A DNA stretch of 32,000 nucleotides from Crocosphaera subtropica ATCC 51142. GTDB lineage: Bacteria > Cyanobacteriota > Cyanobacteriia > Cyanobacteriales > Microcystaceae. Made by a program: the position numbers and the translations under genes. The stretch covers positions 3,810,001 to 3,842,000 of the forward strand of contig NC_010546.1 of assembly GCF_000017845.1 (NCBI RefSeq). The letters run 5' to 3'. Of this stretch, positions 26,779 through 32,000 are shown piece by piece (position 1 is the first letter of the stretch; every line of letters starts with the position of its first letter). Under the pieces are notes generated by a model that ran no database searches, had not been told where the DNA came from, and was given only the letters and a program-made list of their open reading frames with translations.

Positions 26779-26805
26779 TGAAATATTGAAATCAAGTTTA
26801 TTATT

Positions 26806-28173
26806 ATGCAACTTTCTGATAACTCCAATAGTACTTTTAATTTTCAAGAAGTTTTAGAAGAAGAAATAAAAGGATTTGACTCCAAAAATCCTCCCAAACA
26901 AGAATTAATTGATAGTTGTGTTCATTGTGGCTTTTGTTTATCGACCTGTCCCAGTTATCGAGTTATCGGTAAAGAAATGGACTCTCCCAGGGGAAGAATT
27001 TATTTGATGGATGCTATTAATAATGGACAAGCAGCTTTAGATGAAACAACCACTCAACATTTTGACAGTTGTTTAGGCTGTTTGGCTTGTGTTTCTACCT
27101 GTCCATCGGGGGTACAGTACGATAATTTAATTTCAGCTACAAGACCCCAAGTTGAGCGAAATCAACCGAGAAACTTCTCCGATAAAATTATTAGAAGTAT
27201 TATTTTTAATTTCTTTCCTTATCCTAAGAGATTACAAATTTTTCTCCCCTTACTTTGGGTGTATCAACAGTTAGGAATTCAGAAACTTATACGAGGAACA
27301 GGACTATTAAAAAGGCTGTTTCCCCGTTTAGCGGCAATGGAGTCTATTCTACCTCAAATAACCCTAAAATCTTTCAAGCAAACCTATCCTAATGTGATAC
27401 CGGCACAAGGCAAAAAACGTTATCGTGTAGGAATGGTTTTAGGATGTGTTCAACGATTATTTTTCTCCCCTGTTAATGAAGCGACTGTGAGAGTCTTAAC
27501 TGCTAATGGTTGTGAAGTGGTTATTCCGAAGACTCAAGGGTGTTGTGCAGCATTACCGGCACACCAGGGACAAGAAAAACAAGCACAAGCTTTAGCAAAA
27601 CAGATGATTGATAGTTTTGCTAATACGGATGTTGATTATATCATTATCAATGCAGCAGGATGTGGTCATACTTTAAAAGAATATGGTCATATTTTAGCTG
27701 ACGATGTAGAGTATCAAGAAAAAGGAAAACAATTTTCAAATCAAGTTAAAGATATCCAAGAATTTTTAGCAGAAATTGAATTAACAACCCCATTATCTCC
27801 TTTAACTGATGATGATTTACCATTAGTTTATCAAGATGCGTGTCATCTGTTACATGGGCAAAAAATTAGCTTACAACCTCGTCAGCTTCTTAAACAAATT
27901 CCAGGGATAATATTAAAAGAACCCATTGATGCAGCTTTGTGTTGTGGGAGTGCAGGAGTTTATAATATGTTACAACCAGAGGTAGCAGATGAATTAGGAC
28001 AACAAAAAGTTAGTAACTTAACGAATACAGGGGCAAAATTAATTGCCTCTCCTAACCCCGGCTGTTCTTTGCAAATTAAAAAACATTTAAACCAACAAGG
28101 AAAAGATATAAAATTAATGCACCCGATTGAATTATTAGATTATTCCATTAGAGGAGATAAAATTCAACTTTAG
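26806..28173 (+). CDS. glcF: glycolate oxidase iron-sulfur subunit GlcF
   Basis: Two 4Fe-4S ferredoxin motifs are present (CVHCGFCLSTCPSY and CLGCLACVSTCPSGV), plus two Cys-rich CCG-type domains (GCCAALPA, AGCGHTL, CCGSAG, PNPGC). Confidence 0.9.
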   Translation: MQLSDNSNSTFNFQEVLEEEIKGFDSKNPPKQELIDSCVHCGFCLSTCPSYRVIGKEMDSPRGRIYLMDAINNGQAALDETTTQHFDSCLGCLACVSTCPSGVQYDNLISATRPQVERNQPRNFSDKIIRSIIFNFFPYPKRLQIFLPLLWVYQQLGIQKLIRGTGLLKRLFPRLAAMESILPQITLKSFKQTYPNVIPAQGKKRYRVGMVLGCVQRLFFSPVNEATVRVLTANGCEVVIPKTQGCCAALPAHQGQEKQAQALAKQMIDSFANTDVDYIIINAAGCGHTLKEYGHILADDVEYQEKGKQFSNQVKDIQEFLAEIELTTPLSPLTDDDLPLVYQDACHLLHGQKISLQPRQLLKQIPGIILKEPIDAALCCGSAGVYNMLQPEVADELGQQKVSNLTNTGAKLIASPNPGCSLQIKKHLNQQGKDIKLMHPIELLDYSIRGDKIQL

Positions 28174-28251
28174 AAAATGAGTAGATGATCCTAGAAACTT
28201 TGCTTGTCTAATTACACTATTGAAAATTTAAAGATGTCATGACTATTATTT

Positions 28252-28992
28252 CTAATCTCCAAATTGATAAGAGAACTCTTGAATTTCTTTGGCAAAAATC
28301 TTTGAGACTATATTCATCGTTTCTTGATCATAATACTCACTATAATGACGTTGCTTTTGTCTATACGAAGCTTTATAGTTTCCTAACTTTTGTAAATCGC
28401 AAGGAAGATTGAGTTTCTGACAAACTTCTTCAATTCCATCTGATAGATTTTCAAAACGAATATAATAATTTAGAGCAAGCTTATTATTAATTGTATAAAT
28501 ATTTCGATCTATTATATTAGTTGATTGAGGAATTAAGGGAGACTTTTTAAGCCAGGTTATATAGCTAGTTTTGCGGGGAAAACTTTGTATCCAATCCTGT
28601 ACATTTCTTTTAGGAACATATTTAAAATACCAATTAAATAACCAAGTTTTAAAATCAGGAAGTTTATTATTCTTGTTCTTATTGTACCAATAGGTTGAAA
28701 CCATTTTGTCCCAAGGATTTCTAATGACACAAAATTTAAAATAAGTATCCCATTTTGATAAACCTAGTTTCTCTTTAACTAAGTAAGCAGGTATGTGGTT
28801 AAACCAATCTTTTGTATTTGGATTACCTCCTCTTGCACCTACAATACCAACATCTGAGATAATTAAATCGGTGAAATGAGCTTCTTGTTTAGGAGGACGA
28901 CAAAAAGGTTCAAAAAAAATCTCAACAGAAGTTCCTGCTGTTTTCCTTGTCTTCATATATATGAATTTATGTTTATGAGATACCAATACCAT
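28252..28992 (-). CDS. sulfotransferase family protein (Sulfotransfer_2-like)
   Basis: A PAPS 5'-phosphosulfate-binding loop (FIYMKTRKTAGTSVE) and a 3'-phosphate-binding block (CVIRNPWDKMVSTYW) are present. The longest ORF reaches 29043; ATG 28992 (MVLVSHKHKFIYMKT...) matches how such proteins usually begin. Confidence 0.7.
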   Translation of the reverse strand: MVLVSHKHKFIYMKTRKTAGTSVEIFFEPFCRPPKQEAHFTDLIISDVGIVGARGGNPNTKDWFNHIPAYLVKEKLGLSKWDTYFKFCVIRNPWDKMVSTYWYNKNKNNKLPDFKTWLFNWYFKYVPKRNVQDWIQSFPRKTSYITWLKKSPLIPQSTNIIDRNIYTINNKLALNYYIRFENLSDGIEEVCQKLNLPCDLQKLGNYKASYRQKQRHYSEYYDQETMNIVSKIFAKEIQEFSYQFGD

Positions 28993-29247
28993 GATAAATA
29001 AACTAGACCTTAAAACTGAGCTATATCGTAGCATACAACCCATAAAAATGTAAGCAAAAATTTCTATGCAATTCTCTAAGTTAGGAATTTCTGTAGACTA
29101 TAATAGTAACTTGTAGTGTCTATCGGACTGATGAGGTACACTCAAATTTATTGTTGATTAATAGTTCTCACAAACTAGGAAATTTGTTACCTCTCAAGTA
29201 TAAAAAGACTAGACTATAGGTTATCATTAATAATATTAGATTAGGTT

Positions 29248-32000
29248 ATGGTTTTCTCTTCACTAATTAATACATTACAAAAATCCCCCTTAACTAAGGA
29301 ACTTTTAGACAAACTCAAAGGAAATAATGAATTAGGATTAAAAGGAATTAATCGATTACCAAAAGGGTTAATTTCTTCAGCTTTAGCTCAAGCTAACCAA
29401 CAAAACCTATTAGTCATTTGTGCTACCTTAGAAGAAGCCGGAAGATGGACAGCACAACTGGAAATTATGGGGTGGAAAACAGTGAATTTCTACCCGACGA
29501 CTGAAGCCTCTCCCTACGAACCATTTAATCCTGAATCAGAAATGATTTGGGGACAAATGCAGGTATTATCTAATCTTAATATATCAGAAAATAATAATAA
29601 TAACTATGCTATTGTTACTACAGAAAAAGCCTTACAACCCCATTTACCACCCCCTGATATTTTCCATACCCACTGCTTAAAATTACAAGCAGGAATGACA
29701 GAAAAATCTAAAAAATTTGACGAAGGTTTAGTTAAATTAGGGTACGAAAGAGTTAATTTAGTCGAAGTCGAAGGTCAGTGGAGTCGCCGAGGTGATATTG
29801 TTGATATCTTTCCCGTTTCTTCAGAAGTTCCTATAAGATTAGAATGGTTTGGAGACGAATTAGAAAAAATCAGAGAATTTGATCCTGCTACTCAGCGATC
29901 GCTTGATTCTATAGAAAATATATTGTTAACTCCCATTAGCTTTAATACCATTATTGCTAACACTATTAAAGAGAATAATAATAACCTAGATGATTATTTA
30001 TCTGAAGAAGAAACAGAAGACTTAAAAAACTATAATTATCCCCCAGGAATGCAGCGATTTTTAGGACTAGCATTTGATGAACCAGCTTGCATTTTAGACT
30101 ATTTATCCCCCAATACGCTCTGTGTTTTCGATGAAATTGAACAATGTGAATCCCATAGCGATCGCTGGTTAGACTATATAGAAGAAAATTGGCAAGATCA
30201 GGAAAAAAACTTACCCAAAATTCACAGAAGTTTTAATGATTCTTTTCAATTAACGCAAGAATTGCCTAAATTATATCTCTCGGAACTGTCAGAAGTTAAC
30301 AATACAAATGCCTTAGATTTATCCAGTCGTCCCCTACCAACCACTCCCCATCAATTTGCTAAACTCGCAGAAATATTAAGGGGAAAACGAGAAATTTATA
30401 GTGGTATTACCTTGGATAAATATGCCACTTGGTTGATTTCTGCTCAACCTTCTCGTACTGTCTCTCTATTACAAGAACACGATTGTCCAGCGCAATTTAT
30501 TCCTAATCCCCGTGATTATCCAGCTATTAATAAATCCCATATCCAAGGAACAGCGATCGCTCTAAAATATTCAGGGTTAGCAGAACTAGAAGGCTTTATT
30601 TTACCGACCTTTCGCATTGTTGTTGTTACCGATAAAGAATTTTTTGGACAGCACGTTTTAGCCACTGCAGGATACATTAGAAAGCGTCGTCGTGCTACAT
30701 CTAAAAAAGTTGATTTACAACAACTGCATCCTGGGGATTATGTGGTTCATAAAAGTCACGGAATTGGTAAATTTTTGAAGTTAGAAAGTTTAGCAACCCG
30801 TGAATATTTAGTGGTACAATACGCCGATGGCATTTTAAGAATTCCGGCTGATTCCTTTGATAGTTTATCCCGTTACCGTCATACTGGTTCAACCCCTCCC
30901 CAACTCCATAAAATGACGGGGAAAACCTGGCAGAAATCGAAGCAAAAAGTCCGTAAAAATATTAAAAAATTAGCCGTTGATCTCATCAATTTGTACGCAA
31001 AACGAGCAAAAAATACAGGGTTTACTTATCCCCTTGACACCCCTTGGCAGCAAGAATTAGAAGACTCTTTTCCCTATCAACCCACCCCTGATCAACTGAA
31101 AGCCATACAAGACGTTAAAATAGACTTAGAAAGCGATCGCCCGATGGATCGGTTAGTGTGTGGTGACGTGGGGTTTGGGAAGACAGAAGTAGCCGTTAGA
31201 GCCATTTTTAAAGCCGTTACCAGTGGTCATAAACAAGTGGCATTTTTAGCCCCTACCACCATCTTAACCCAACAACATTATCATACCTTAAAAGAACGAT
31301 TTGCTCCCTATCCTATTAATATTGGACTATTAAATAGATTTCGCACAACCTCAGAAAAAAAAGAGATTATCCAACGCTTAGCTACAGGAGAATTAGATAT
31401 AGTAGTAGGAACACAACAACTCTTAGGAAAAAGCGTTAAATTCAAAGACTTAGGCTTATTGGTAGTGGATGAAGAACAACGATTTGGTGTTAATCAAAAA
31501 GAGAAGATTAAAGAGATAAAAAGCCATGTGGATGTTCTTACTTTGACCGCAACACCCATTCCCCGAACCTTATATATGTCCCTATCAGGAATACGGGAAA
31601 TGAGCTTAATTACGACACCTCCGCCCTCTCGTCGTCCTATTAAAACCCATTTATCTCGTTATAATCCTGATGTAGTAAGAACCGCTATTCGTAATGAATT
31701 AGATCGAGGGGGACAAGTTTTTTATGTGGTTCCTAGAGTCGAAGGAATTGAAGAAGTTGCAGCCCAAATAAAAACGATGGTTCCTAGTGCAAGAATGGCT
31801 ATTGCTCACGGACAAATGGATGTTAACGAATTAGAAATAACTATGTTAAGTTTTAACAATGGAGATGCAGATATTCTGGTTTGTACCACTATTGTTGAGT
31901 CTGGGTTAGACATTCCTAGGGTTAATACAATTATTGTAGAAGATGCTCAGAAATTTGGGTTAGCCCAACTGTATCAACTGAGAGGAAGAGTCGGCCGATC
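29248..32000 (+). CDS. mfd: transcription-repair coupling factor Mfd (3' end beyond the window)
   Basis: I read an open frame by hand from ATG 29248 to the window edge with no stop. It contains [17 protein letters not shown] (RNAP-interaction/CarD-like domain), [11 protein letters not shown] (helicase motif I), [10 protein letters not shown] (motif II) and TATPIPRTL. It is absent from the ORF track because it has no stop in the window. Confidence 0.95.
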   Translation, partial: MVFSSLINTLQKSPLTKELLDKLKGNNELGLKGINRLPKGLISSALAQANQQNLLVICATLEEAGRWTAQLEIMGWKTVNFYPTTEASPYEPFNPESEMIWGQMQVLSNLNISENNNNNYAIVTTEKALQPHLPPPDIFHTHCLKLQAGMTEKSKKFDEGLVKLGYERVNLVEVEGQWSRRGDIVDIFPVSSEVPIRLEWFGDELEKIREFDPATQRSLDSIENILLTPISFNTIIANTIKENNNNLDDYLSEEETEDLKNYNYPPGMQRFLGLAFDEPACILDYLSPNTLCVFDEIEQCESHSDRWLDYIEENWQDQEKNLPKIHRSFNDSFQLTQELPKLYLSELSEVNNTNALDLSSRPLPTTPHQFAKLAEILRGKREIYSGITLDKYATWLISAQPSRTVSLLQEHDCPAQFIPNPRDYPAINKSHIQGTAIALKYSGLAELEGFILPTFRIVVVTDKEFFGQHVLATAGYIRKRRRATSKKVDLQQLHPGDYVVHKSHGIGKFLKLESLATREYLVVQYADGILRIPADSFDSLSRYRHTGSTPPQLHKMTGKTWQKSKQKVRKNIKKLAVDLINLYAKRAKNTGFTYPLDTPWQQELEDSFPYQPTPDQLKAIQDVKIDLESDRPMDRLVCGDVGFGKTEVAVRAIFKAVTSGHKQVAFLAPTTILTQQHYHTLKERFAPYPINIGLLNRFRTTSEKKEIIQRLATGELDIVVGTQQLLGKSVKFKDLGLLVVDEEQRFGVNQKEKIKEIKSHVDVLTLTATPIPRTLYMSLSGIREMSLITTPPPSRRPIKTHLSRYNPDVVRTAIRNELDRGGQVFYVVPRVEGIEEVAAQIKTMVPSARMAIAHGQMDVNELEITMLSFNNGDADILVCTTIVESGLDIPRVNTIIVEDAQKFGLAQLYQLRGRVGR

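Noticed and set aside
30701-30892. 63-aa minus-strand ORF
   Set aside because: It is antisense inside mfd, at the [13 protein letters not shown] region.
1-32000. Mobile elements, prophage, tRNA or rRNA genes
   Set aside because: I noticed no transposase, integrase, terminal inverted repeats flanking a cargo, or tRNA-like T-arm/acceptor patterns in any spacer. A tRNAscan/ISfinder run would be the formal check.

Overview
This window reads as an ordinary AT-rich cyanobacterial chromosome segment. The HIP1 octamer GCGATCGC occurs at least 21 times, and the gene content is typical of cyanobacteria: a PanC-Cmk fusion, tocopherol cyclase, DUF1997, GlcE/GlcF, long-form CbiX and a Uma2 nuclease. I call 29 protein-coding genes. 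Two are edge-truncated and missing from the ORF track: a glutaredoxin 5' end at 1..115 (-) and mfd at 29248..>32000 (+). Recognisable housekeeping genes are grx, panC/cmk, rlpA, tocopherol cyclase, uvrA, an M23 peptidase, cbiX-cobA, moaD-glcE-glcF and mfd. Among them sit conserved genes of unknown function, an ABC ATPase with an oversized permease, a Uma2 nuclease, a PRC-barrel protein, a Usp and an orphan sulfotransferase. I found no rRNA, tRNA, CRISPR array, transposase, integrase or phage genes. The non-coding structure consists of families of 7-nt tandem repeats in at least five intergenic spacers, two strong stem-loops (3879..3924 and 5443..5474), and two unusually long spacers (4947..5522 and 23957..24357) that could hold regulatory RNA. 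I do not see a clear, self-contained novel multi-gene system. The best candidates for follow-up are the translationally coupled unknown-function pairs (283..2145 and 16276..17558), the ABC module (17703..20424), the very AT-rich sulfotransferase islet (28174..29247), the stand-alone LKR-type dehydrogenase beside tocopherol cyclase, and the two long structured spacers. All family assignments come from motif recognition by eye and were not checked against any database.
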